Source of the DNA: Candidatus Omnitrophota bacterium
Lineage (GTDB): Bacteria; Omnitrophota; Gorgyraeia; Gygaellales; JAHJCI01
Direction of reading: 5' to 3'
DNA: 40,436 nt
Assembly: GCA_016783355.1 (NCBI GenBank)
Contig: JADHWR010000002.1
Span: 1 to 40,436, forward strand
This document shows positions 1 to 7,892 of the stretch, piece by piece. Under the pieces are notes generated by a model, which saw nothing but the letters and a program-made list of their open reading frames with translations, made no database searches and was not told the DNA's origin. Within the stretch, counting starts at the first letter, position 1, and the number at the start of each line of letters is the position of its first letter. The position numbers and the translations under genes were made by a program.

Positions 1-63
1 GTCTAATAAGGTAGAAAAAAATGTACAAAAATGAGATATTGTGGAAATGGTTGGTGAAGAACG

Positions 64-969
64 ATGCAGCGCTATATTGAGAAGTTCTTAAGATACTTAG
101 AGATTGAGAAGAATTATTCTGCCTGCACCATTCTTAGTTATAAAGAGGACCTGTTTGATTTTAAGAATTTCTTAAGCCCCGTTCGAAATAAGACGCAGTC
201 TGCGATTTCGAACGGGGTAAAGGCGATTCCCTTAGAATCTGTTGATTATCTTACTTTAAGGAAATACCTCGTCAATTTGAAAGAAAGGGGTCTTTTGGCT
301 TCAACAATTTCCCGGCATATTTCTTGTCTGCGTTCATTTTTCAGATTCTTATGCCGCGATGGGTATCTTAAAACTAATCCGGCGAAAAGTCTACTTAGTC
401 AAAAAATAAAAAGGCATCTACCCCAATTTCTTACAGAAGAGGAGGTCGGGCGGATGTTAAATATGTCCTTAGGCAAGAAGGAGCAGTCTTATCGTGACAA
501 GGCTATATTAGAGACATTCTACAGCACAGGCATGCGCATCAGTGAGTTGGTAAATTTAGATACGCAAGATATTGATTTTATCAGCGGAGTTGTTAAGGTG
601 CGCGGGAAAGGAAAGAAGGAGCGCCTTCTTCCTATTGGGGACCATGCCATCTCTGCAATCAGGGCTTATCTAAAGATGAGAAAAAGTGCCTCTGATGCGT
701 TATTTTTGAATAAAGGAGGCAGGCGCCTTTCTGTTCTTGGCACAAGAAAAGTCGTTTATAAATATATCCGATCAGCCTCCTTAAAGTCTGGTCTTTCTCC
801 CCATACCCTTCGGCATAGCTTTGCAACGCATCTTTTAAATCGGGGAGCAGATTTGCGCAGCGTTCAGGAACTCTTGGGACATGTAAATCTTTCCACAACC
901 CAGATTTATACGCATTTAACTACAGACAGACTGAAGAGCGTTTATAAAAAGGCGCACCCTCGCGCATAG
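64..969 (+). CDS. xerC: Tyrosine site-specific recombinase, XerC/XerD family
   Basis: 301 aa. C-terminal catalytic motifs HTLRHSFATHLL and LGHVNLSTTQIYTH. The tail SVYKKAHPRA resembles E. coli XerC more than XerD, but XerC versus XerD is not certain. Confidence 0.85.
   Translation: MQRYIEKFLRYLEIEKNYSACTILSYKEDLFDFKNFLSPVRNKTQSAISNGVKAIPLESVDYLTLRKYLVNLKERGLLASTISRHISCLRSFFRFLCRDGYLKTNPAKSLLSQKIKRHLPQFLTEEEVGRMLNMSLGKKEQSYRDKAILETFYSTGMRISELVNLDTQDIDFISGVVKVRGKGKKERLLPIGDHAISAIRAYLKMRKSASDALFLNKGGRRLSVLGTRKVVYKYIRSASLKSGLSPHTLRHSFATHLLNRGADLRSVQELLGHVNLSTTQIYTHLTTDRLKSVYKKAHPRA
177..217. repeat. 41-nt perfect-armed palindrome embedded in frame in the xerC CDS
   Basis: ccccgttcgaaat (177-189) is the exact reverse complement of atttcgaacgggg (205-217). 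The centre contains a second small palindrome, cgcag-t-ctgcg. It encodes SPVRNKTQSAISNG, an extra segment relative to E. coli XerC/XerD N-domains as I recall them. Confidence 0.8.
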
Positions 970-975
970 TTTAAA

Positions 976-1018
976 GTGCCATAGTATCAATGTATCATAG
1001 TATCAAGGTGTCATAGTG
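976..1018. repeat. 8-nt-period tandem repeat (NNGTATCA-type units) between xerC and waaA
   Basis: gtatca / gtatca / gtatca / gtgtca start at exact 8-nt spacing. This is the same unit and orientation as the right arm of the array at 7856-7882. Confidence 0.75.
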
Positions 1019-1034
1019 AATATAAAAAAGGAGA

Positions 1035-2333
1035 TTGATGTTCATCCTTTATGATTTAATATTTTTAATATTCGCAATACTTTATCTGCCCGTTTTTGTC
1101 TCCAGAAAAAAGTTTCACAAGGGCTTTATCCAGCGACTCGGGATTTTACCACAGATAAAGCTAAAGAGGCCAATTTGGGTCCATGCCGTCAGCGTCGGAG
1201 AAGCTGGCATTGCGGGACATTTAGTCGGATGTTTACGAGAGGGCTTTGCGTTTGCACAATTTGCCTTTTCTACTGTGACATCCACAGGGAATAAAATTGT
1301 GCGCACCTTCAAGAATGATGGCGACTTTGTATTTTATCTACCCCTGGATTTAAGTTTTATTGTTAGGAAGGTCGTCTTGCGCCTAAATCCCCGCCTTTGT
1401 ATTATTCTTGAGACAGAACTCTGGCCAAATTTAATTAGTTATCTTTCAAAGAGACAGATAGCGATAATCGTTGTTAATGCAAGAATATCGGATCGCTCTT
1501 TTAAGGGCTATTACAGAATCAGGCCTTTAATTAAGCCGATATTAAATAAAATAGCCCTTTTTTGTGTGCAAACAGAAACGGATGCAAAGAGACTTAAGAC
1601 ACTGGGTGTTGCAGCGGATAAGATTAAGGTTGCCGGAAATATGAAATATGATTTTATCCCGCCAGAGGCGGGAAAAGAAAATTGCACAGATTATAGACTA
1701 AGATTGGGTCTAAAATCTGAAGAAAAATTACTTGTTGTTGGCAGCACCCACCAAGGCGAAGAGGAAATTATATTAGACGTATATAAAAAATTATTAGATG
1801 AATTTTCTCATTTAAGGCTTTTGATTGCTCCACGCCATCCGCAGCGTGCTTCACAGATAGAGAAATTAGTTAATAAATTTGGCTTCAGTTCTGTTTTTAT
1901 CAGTAAGTTGAATCTATCCGCTATGCGCTATCCGCCATCCACTATTTTTATCCTCGATACCATTGGTCAGCTTCTTGGTTTTTATAAGATCTCTGACATT
2001 GTTTTTGTTGGCGGAAGTTTAATAAAAAGGGGAGGGCACAATATTTTGGAACCTGCGCGTTTAGGCAAGCCTGTTATCTTTGGGCCTCATATGTTTAATT
2101 TTCGCAGTATTGCCGAGCAATTTTTAGAGAAAGACGCAGGCTTTTTAGTCCATAATCAGAAAGAATTAAGGGATATTATTTTTCATATCTTAAATAATCC
2201 TTCAATGGTTAGAGAGACAACACAAAGGGCGATTCAACTGATAAAAGAAAACCAAGGCGCGACAAAAAAGACTATTCAGTGGATAAGGTATATTTATGGA
2301 AGAGATACTACGAAGCAGAAAGGGCGGGGTTAA
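1035..2333 (+). CDS. waaA: 3-deoxy-D-manno-octulosonic acid (Kdo) transferase
   Basis: 432 aa. N-terminal membrane anchor, the WVHAVSVGE motif typical of WaaA/KdtA, and a C-terminal GT-B fold region. TTG at 1035 or ATG at 1038 could be the start. Confidence 0.9.
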   Translation: MMFILYDLIFLIFAILYLPVFVSRKKFHKGFIQRLGILPQIKLKRPIWVHAVSVGEAGIAGHLVGCLREGFAFAQFAFSTVTSTGNKIVRTFKNDGDFVFYLPLDLSFIVRKVVLRLNPRLCIILETELWPNLISYLSKRQIAIIVVNARISDRSFKGYYRIRPLIKPILNKIALFCVQTETDAKRLKTLGVAADKIKVAGNMKYDFIPPEAGKENCTDYRLRLGLKSEEKLLVVGSTHQGEEEIILDVYKKLLDEFSHLRLLIAPRHPQRASQIEKLVNKFGFSSVFISKLNLSAMRYPPSTIFILDTIGQLLGFYKISDIVFVGGSLIKRGGHNILEPARLGKPVIFGPHMFNFRSIAEQFLEKDAGFLVHNQKELRDIIFHILNNPSMVRETTQRAIQLIKENQGATKKTIQWIRYIYGRDTTKQKGRG

Positions 2334-3402
2334 GGATTTTCTTTATCGAGTTGCTACAGATAAACAAAAGGGGGCGTTTATTTTTGCCTTAAAATTAATT
2401 CTTTATTTTCTGTCCATAATTTATGGCTTTGGAGTCTGTTTACTAAGATTCTTTTGGCAGATTAAGCCGCGTAGATTAAATTGCAAAGTTATCAGTGTGG
2501 GCAATGTTACCTTGGGCGGCACAGGCAAAACTCCCCTTGTTGAATATATTGCACGCTACTTAAGAGACAAAGGACATAAGGTTGCTCTATTAAGCAGGGG
2601 GTATGGAAAGCGAAAAGCGAAAAGCGAAAAGCGAAAAGCGGATTATCAAACAATGGGCGATGAACCGTGTATGTTGTTAAAAAAATTAGGTGATCTTCCT
2701 GTGATTGTTGACAAGGACAGGGTGCGCTCAGCAAAGGAAGCAATCAAGGATTATTCTGTTGACACAGTAATCCTGGATGATGGATTTCAGCAGTGGAGAC
2801 TGAAGAAGGACTTGGAAATAGTAACAATTGATGCAACAAACCCCCTTGGTAACAAGCATCTTCTTCCACGTGGAATCCTGCGTGAGCCCCTATCTTCATT
2901 AAGGCGGGCGCAGGTTTTTGTCTTAACCAAGGTTAATCTTAAGCAAGATGATATTGGCAATATCAAGAGAGCCCTCAAGAAGTTAAATCCTGATGCCTTA
3001 GTTGTTGAGGCAACCTATGAACCACTTGGTTTTTATAAATTGGGCGAAGAAGTAGCAGATAATTTACTTGGCGCTAAGGAATTTGCGAAAGAGCCGGTAA
3101 GTTTAGTTTATGGGATTGCCGAGCCCCAATCATTTGAAAATCTAATTAGTAATTTAGGAATAACGATTGGTTCATCCTTTGGATTCCCCGACCACTATCT
3201 TTATCGTGAAGAGGACCTGAAAGAGATTATCCGGGATTCAAAAGAAAAAGGCATCAGCAAGATTATCACTACAGAGAAGGACGCTGTTCGTCTTCCTGCT
3301 ATGAACTATGAACTATTAGCCATGGACTGTTTTGTCTTGTCCATTCAATTAGAGATTATTCAAGATGAGATATTCAACAAGAGACTACTTTCTATATTTT
3401 AG
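2296..3402 (+). CDS. lpxK: Tetraacyldisaccharide 4'-kinase
   Basis: 368 aa. P-loop GNVTLGGTGKTP followed by LLSRGYG. It overlaps the waaA end, which fits the common waaA-lpxK pairing. Confidence 0.9.
   Translation: MEEILRSRKGGVKDFLYRVATDKQKGAFIFALKLILYFLSIIYGFGVCLLRFFWQIKPRRLNCKVISVGNVTLGGTGKTPLVEYIARYLRDKGHKVALLSRGYGKRKAKSEKRKADYQTMGDEPCMLLKKLGDLPVIVDKDRVRSAKEAIKDYSVDTVILDDGFQQWRLKKDLEIVTIDATNPLGNKHLLPRGILREPLSSLRRAQVFVLTKVNLKQDDIGNIKRALKKLNPDALVVEATYEPLGFYKLGEEVADNLLGAKEFAKEPVSLVYGIAEPQSFENLISNLGITIGSSFGFPDHYLYREEDLKEIIRDSKEKGISKIITTEKDAVRLPAMNYELLAMDCFVLSIQLEIIQDEIFNKRLLSIF
2608..2640. repeat. Heptanucleotide tandem repeat (aagcgaa x about 4.7) inside lpxK, in frame
   Basis: aagcgaa repeats at 2608, 2615, 2622 and 2629, with a partial unit at 2636. 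It encodes KRKAKSEKRKA directly after the conserved SRGYG motif. Confidence 0.9.
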
Positions 3403-5221
3403 CGTGAGATTTTTAGAGAAGGTGTTTGCGGTTTTTCCTTTGGGGCTTGCTTTATTTTTAGGAAAAGCAGTAGGACTGTTAGGCTATTTTTTTGATAGAA
3501 AGCATAAGCGTGTTGCCTACCGTAATTTGCGCATCGCCTTTGCCTCAGAAAAGAGCCCCTCTGAACTTAAGGCAATCCTGAAGAAGATTTATTTAAATTT
3601 AGGTATGAATCTGATAGAGGTTCTCATTATCCCAAGGATAGATAAGGATTATTTAGACAAATATATAAAGATACAAGGAGAGCAATTCATTGAAGAAGCA
3701 GCAAAAGAAGGCAAAGGCATAATCTTTATTAGCACACATTTTGGTAATTGGGAAATCCTCTTTGCAACTGCGGGAATTTTAGGATACCCTGTATATCTTT
3801 TTGCCGATGAGCAGAGGAAATCTCTTTTGCTGGATAATTTTTTAAATAGGATGCGCAAGATGAAAGGGCTTAAGGTTTTAAAGGCAGGCTCTGATTTAAG
3901 GCGCCTTCTGCGTATCTTAAGAGAAAAAAAGATGGTTGGGATGATTGTTGACCATGGTATAAAAGAAGGGGTATTCGTTGATTTCTTTGGCAGAAAGACG
4001 CGCACCCCCACTATTGCAATACGCCTTGCCTTGAGATTGAATATTCCCGTTGTGCCTGCTTATATTCATCGTTGTAAAGGGCCAAACCATGAGTTTGTTA
4101 TTTTGCCTTCCTTAAAGCTTAAAAGGACAGGTGTATTAAATCAGGATATTGCACTTAATTTAGGGAGGGTCAATTCCATTGTTGAGAACTATATCAGAAA
4201 ATATCCCTCACAATACCATTGGTTTTATAAGCGCTTTAAATATAGCCGAGGCCGCAATATTTTGGTTTTATGCGATGACAAGACCGGACATCTGCGCCAG
4301 AGCGAGGCTTTAGTTAAATTGATTGAGAATACTGCCAAGCAAAGGCAGTTAGAGATTAAAACAAAACTGGTAAGAGTAGATTTTAAGAATAAACCAGATA
4401 GCTTTAAAGAATTACAGTCTTATTTTGCTGATATAGTGATTTCTTGCGGTTCATCACTTGCACCGGTGAATTTAGTCATCTCTTCAGAGAATCAGGCAAA
4501 ATCAATTGTCATTATGCGGCCTGGCTTTTTAAGCACAAAAAGTTTTGATTTAGTAATTATGCCCAAGCACGATAATCCGCCGCAGAGGGAAAATATTGTT
4601 GTTACAGAAGGCGCCTTGAATTTAATCAATGAAGAATACCTTAAAGTTCAAATCTCAAGCCTCAAAGCCCAAGGCGTTAATGTTGATAAAAAAATAGTGG
4701 TGGGATTATTGCTGGGTGGTGATACAAAAAATTTCAAGCTGTCTTTGAATTTATTAAGACCAATTATTTCACAGATTAAGTTATTTTTAGAAAACTATGA
4801 TGCTCAGATTCTGATTACTACCTCACGCCGGAGTAGCTCTGAGGTTGAAGGTCTAATCAAAGAGGAGTTTAATAATTATAGCCGTTGCAAGTTACTGGTT
4901 ATTGCTAGTGAGAAGAATATACCAGAAGCAGTAGGGGGGATTTTAGGGTTAAGCAATATTGTTGTTGTTTCACCAGAAAGTATTTCAATGATTTCTGAGG
5001 CGGTAACTGCAGGAAGACATATCGTAGTTTTAGAGCCGCAGGAGGGTTTGGGAAAGAGACACAAAAGATTCCTTGAATATTTTACAAGCAAGGGTTATAT
5101 CTATCTAGTGCGTTCTTACGAGATAGCAGATGTATTAAAGAAGATTGCTGGGGAGACGCCAACGATTTTAAAATTGTCTGACAACCAGCGCGTAAAAGTT
5201 GCAATTGAGAAACTTTTATAG
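3365..5221 (+). CDS. Fusion protein: lipid A late acyltransferase (LpxL/HtrB, LPLAT family) N-domain plus ELM1/DUF1022-like C-domain
   Basis: 618 aa. Residues about 1-290 resemble LpxL/HtrB (membrane anchor, FISTHFGNWE matching the HX4D/E-type region, YPSQYHWFYKRFK tail). Residues about 295-618 match what I recall of the ELM1 family (ILVLCDDKTGHLRQSEAL, LLGGDTKNF, TTSRRSS, PESISMISEAVTAG). Confidence 0.75.
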   Translation: MRYSTRDYFLYFSVRFLEKVFAVFPLGLALFLGKAVGLLGYFFDRKHKRVAYRNLRIAFASEKSPSELKAILKKIYLNLGMNLIEVLIIPRIDKDYLDKYIKIQGEQFIEEAAKEGKGIIFISTHFGNWEILFATAGILGYPVYLFADEQRKSLLLDNFLNRMRKMKGLKVLKAGSDLRRLLRILREKKMVGMIVDHGIKEGVFVDFFGRKTRTPTIAIRLALRLNIPVVPAYIHRCKGPNHEFVILPSLKLKRTGVLNQDIALNLGRVNSIVENYIRKYPSQYHWFYKRFKYSRGRNILVLCDDKTGHLRQSEALVKLIENTAKQRQLEIKTKLVRVDFKNKPDSFKELQSYFADIVISCGSSLAPVNLVISSENQAKSIVIMRPGFLSTKSFDLVIMPKHDNPPQRENIVVTEGALNLINEEYLKVQISSLKAQGVNVDKKIVVGLLLGGDTKNFKLSLNLLRPIISQIKLFLENYDAQILITTSRRSSSEVEGLIKEEFNNYSRCKLLVIASEKNIPEAVGGILGLSNIVVVSPESISMISEAVTAGRHIVVLEPQEGLGKRHKRFLEYFTSKGYIYLVRSYEIADVLKKIAGETPTILKLSDNQRVKVAIEKLL

Positions 5222-5657
5222 AGGACGGCGGGTCCTGTCTTCGGCAGAGCCCAAAATTGTCCTCGCTCAAGGGGAAGCCTCTATAGAGCATAATTCGCTG
5301 CGGGCTATTCTGGGCCGCCCACTGCCTCGCCACCCGCTCTTCTTAAAGAGTAGGAGTCGCGGCTACGAGGTTTGTTTCAAGCGGGGCATTGTGTAGCCCG
5401 AAGCAGGCACGGTTCCCTGCCAAAGGCAGGGAGAGCGAGGGCGAGCATTGAGTGAACCCGTTCGACTTCGCTCAGGGTTCATCCTGAGTGAAATCGAAGG
5501 ATGAAGTTTTGCCTCGCCGGGGCAAAACAAACGTCCCCGCGAGAAAGCAAACCGAAGTCAGCCGCGAAGGTTAAATTGTTTGTTTTGGTTGCCACCCGCT
5601 TGGCAGGCAACATTACGAAACCAATTTTGGAAGTCCGACTTCAGATTTTATAAGTTT
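5222..5657. other. GC-rich, ORF-poor, hairpin-dense intergenic region: candidate structured RNA or stack of palindromic elements, class unresolved
   Basis: Visibly more GC-rich than the flanks. Perfect hairpins include ccctgcc-aaa-ggcaggg (5415-5431), gttttgcc-N7-ggcaaaac (5506-5528) and gttgcc-N12-ggcaac (5588-5611), plus a 16-bp imperfect stem at 5460-5497. Long-range complements: cctcgctc (5261-5268) with gagcgagg (5433-5440), and cgggcta (5301-5307) with tagcccg (5394-5400). Confidence 0.4.
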
Positions 5658-7775
5658 ATGAATATCTTAGAGATTTTACCAGAGTTGAATATTGGCGGGG
5701 TTGAGTCTATGGTTTTAGATTTATCCAGGTCTTTTGTAAAATTAGGGCATCGCTGTATTGTCGTCTCCCGCGGCGGAGGCCTGGTTAAGGAATCAGAGAG
5801 GATGCACGTAAAGCATTATTGCCTGCCTGTAGACAAGAAGTCTTTATTTACGATTTTGAAAATGATTTTTTCTGTGAGGAAAATTATCAAGGATGAGAAG
5901 ATTGATGTTGTTCATGCTCATTCACGCGTGCCTGCCTGGATTGCCTTTTTTGCTTGCTGTGGCAGCCAGGCTGTATTTCTTACTACCTGCCATGGACATT
6001 ATAACCGGCATTATTTTAGCCGGGTGATGAGTTGGGCAAAGTTGACTATTTGTCCGTCGCAGGCAGTAGCCCGGCATATGCGCGATGGTTTTGGGCTTCC
6101 TCTTGAACGGATTCGCTTAATTCATAATGGCGTAGATTTAGACAGATTCAAATATCGGGGCCCGAGAAAAAGAGGCGAGGATTTCATCATCGGGATTATA
6201 GGAAGGCTTTCTCCTTCAAAGGGGCATATTTATTTTTTGCGTGCAGTTGCGCGTTTACTACGCAGGACAAATTTGCCGCAAATCAAGGTTTGGATTGTCG
6301 GCGAGGCTTCGTCAAAATACGCTGCCTACAAACAAGAATTAAAGAGATTGACAAAAAGACTTGGGCTTGGGGCGCATATTGAGTTTTTGGGCTTGCGCTC
6401 TGACATCCCGCAAATCTTAGAAAAACTCAATCTTTTGATAGTCAGCTCTACAGTTCAAGAGGTATTTGCCCGGATAGTTATTGAAGCCCAGGCAGTAGGC
6501 GTGCCAGTAGTAGCTACCCGCGTGGGTGGCATACCAGAGATTATTGATGATCACCAGACAGGACTTTTAGTTACGCCAGCAGATGCTGAGGATTTGTTCG
6601 AGGCAATGTTACGCATTATCAAAGATAGCTCCCTTGCCTCTCGTTTAGCGGAGAATGCTTATCTAAAGCTAAAAGATAATTTTAATATAAGAATAATAAC
6701 AGAGAAGACCCTTGCTGTATATAAAGAAGCGGTTTCCAGCTTTAAGATTTTAGTTATTAAGCTGACGGCGTTAGGGGATGTTATTCTGATTGGTCCGGCT
6801 CTGCGCGCAATAAGAAGAAGATTCCCCCGGTCTCGCTATAAAGTTAGTGTTTTAGTAAATCGGCCAAACCACGAAGTTCTCCTCAATTGCCCTTATGTTG
6901 ATGAGCTAATCATCACTGATTTAGATAAAAACACAAGAAAGAGATTATTATTTCAAGAGATTCAGAAAATAAGAAAAAAGAATTTTGATCTATCGGTTGA
7001 TTTTCAAAATAATCGTATTAGCCATCTGGCGAGCTTCCTTGGTTTGATTCCTCAGCGCTACGGCTATAATCGCCGATTAGGATTTTTGCTAAACCATGGC
7101 ATCAATGAGAAGAAAGAAAGAAGTTATCGTCCTGTTGAGCATCAGTTTAGGGTATTAAAAGAGCTTGGTATTGAATTGGAAAATGAGCACCTTGAGCTTT
7201 GGCCGGATGTCTGTGATGAAGAATATATTAAGGATTTTTTGAATTCCCACTGGGTAAGCCCAGAGCAGACCCTGGTTGGTATTAACCTCGGTGCCAGTCA
7301 GAGGTGGCAGACAAAGATTTGGCCTAATCAGTATTTAGTTGAACTTTGTCACAAGCTTGCCTCTCAAGGTATCCGTGTGGTTTTTACGGGAGGAAGTGAC
7401 GATTTACCAAGAGCACAAGCAATAAACAAAGCAATCGAAAAATCCAAGTCAATTATTGCCTGTGGCAAAACAACAATTAATCAATTAGCTTGTTTAATAA
7501 AAAGATGCCGACTTTACTTAACCAGTGATTCTGCGCCCTTGCATATCGCCTGTGCCGTAGATACGCCCTATATTGCTCTCTTTGGCCCTACTGACCCAAG
7601 GAGACACATTGCTTCTGGCCATAAAGGCATTGTTTTAAAGAAGGAACTGCCTTGTCAGCCTTGTTATCGCTCTAAGTGTAAAAGGCGAGAGTGTATGTAT
7701 GCGATTAAACCAGAAGAGGTAATGGAGGCAATAAAGGGACTATTAGTAAATTCAAATAGCAAAATGACATATTGA
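5658..7775 (+). CDS. Fusion protein: GT4 glycosyltransferase (N) plus GT9 heptosyltransferase-family domain (C)
   Basis: I place the start at ATG 5658 (MNILEILPELNIGGVE, a typical GT4 N-terminus), not at the track start 5580. GT4 motif: EAQAVGVPVVATRVGGIPEII. The GT9 domain begins at KILVIKLTALGDVIL and contains SDSAPLHIACAVDTPYIALFGPTDP. Confidence 0.85.
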   Translation: MNILEILPELNIGGVESMVLDLSRSFVKLGHRCIVVSRGGGLVKESERMHVKHYCLPVDKKSLFTILKMIFSVRKIIKDEKIDVVHAHSRVPAWIAFFACCGSQAVFLTTCHGHYNRHYFSRVMSWAKLTICPSQAVARHMRDGFGLPLERIRLIHNGVDLDRFKYRGPRKRGEDFIIGIIGRLSPSKGHIYFLRAVARLLRRTNLPQIKVWIVGEASSKYAAYKQELKRLTKRLGLGAHIEFLGLRSDIPQILEKLNLLIVSSTVQEVFARIVIEAQAVGVPVVATRVGGIPEIIDDHQTGLLVTPADAEDLFEAMLRIIKDSSLASRLAENAYLKLKDNFNIRIITEKTLAVYKEAVSSFKILVIKLTALGDVILIGPALRAIRRRFPRSRYKVSVLVNRPNHEVLLNCPYVDELIITDLDKNTRKRLLFQEIQKIRKKNFDLSVDFQNNRISHLASFLGLIPQRYGYNRRLGFLLNHGINEKKERSYRPVEHQFRVLKELGIELENEHLELWPDVCDEEYIKDFLNSHWVSPEQTLVGINLGASQRWQTKIWPNQYLVELCHKLASQGIRVVFTGGSDDLPRAQAINKAIEKSKSIIACGKTTINQLACLIKRCRLYLTSDSAPLHIACAVDTPYIALFGPTDPRRHIASGHKGIVLKKELPCQPCYRSKCKRRECMYAIKPEEVMEAIKGLLVNSNSKMTY

Positions 7776-7803
7776 AGCGCAAAGCGCAAGGCGTAAAGCG
7801 CAA
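7773..7803. repeat. Heptad-repeat module (aagcgca-type units), 31 nt identical to 33682-33712
   Basis: tgaagcgcaaagcgcaaggcgtaaagcgcaa occurs identically at 7773-7803 and 33682-33712 (hand aligned). Its first three bases are the TGA stop of the GT4-GT9 gene. Confidence 0.9.
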
Positions 7804-7815
7804 GACTTTAATATG

Positions 7816-7882
7816 TTGATACCTTGACACTTTGACACCTTGATACCTTGACACAATGTATCAAAGTATCATAGTATCAAAG
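7816..7882. repeat. Inverted array of 8-nt units: (TTGAYACN)x5 followed by (NNGTATCA)x3
   Basis: Units are ttgatacc, ttgacact, ttgacacc, ttgatacc, ttgacaca, then atgtatca, aagtatca, tagtatca. The two halves are imperfect reverse complements, and the mismatches are mostly C.A on the + strand (G.U on the - strand). Confidence 0.85.
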
Positions 7883-7892
7883 TTTTTATAAT

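Noticed and set aside
5082-5396. ORFs 5199-5396 (+, 65 aa) and 5082-5333 (-, 83 aa) in the GC-rich spacer
   Set aside because: They are Arg/Pro/Ser-rich translations typical of GC-rich non-coding DNA. They overlap each other and the upstream CDS end, and have no recognisable motifs or RBS.
5580-5657. N-terminal 26-codon extension of the GT4-GT9 ORF (track start at 5580)
   Set aside because: The extension (MFWLPPAWQATLRNQFWKSDFRFYKF) runs through the hairpin region and has no homology signal. The canonical GT4 N-terminus MNILEILPELNIGGVE begins at ATG 5658.
5222-5657. Identification as RNase P RNA, tmRNA, SRP RNA or a cobalamin riboswitch
   Set aside because: Only fragments resemble each class. 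There is no GGAAAGUCCGG P4 core in a usable position, and the single ggaagtccg at 5627 is on the + strand abutting the next CDS. There is no GGGG...UUCGAC 5' end or T-arm/CCA 3' end for tmRNA, and the tag-like ORF (AANYAL) is too close to the end. There is no GGAA/AGCAGCC SRP domain IV and no complete B12 box. The region is left unassigned.
7773-7882. CRISPR array interpretation of the short repeats (also 976-1018, 33682-33803, 38611-38716)
   Set aside because: The units are 7-8 nt and directly abutting, with no spacers. There are no cas genes. The repeat length is far below CRISPR repeats.
7887-7892. Perfect TATAAT box as the -10 of the GT4 gene promoter
   Set aside because: It ends one base before the ATG at 7893, so a transcript initiated from it would lack the start codon. 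The nearest TTGACA is also about 33 nt upstream, which is too far.
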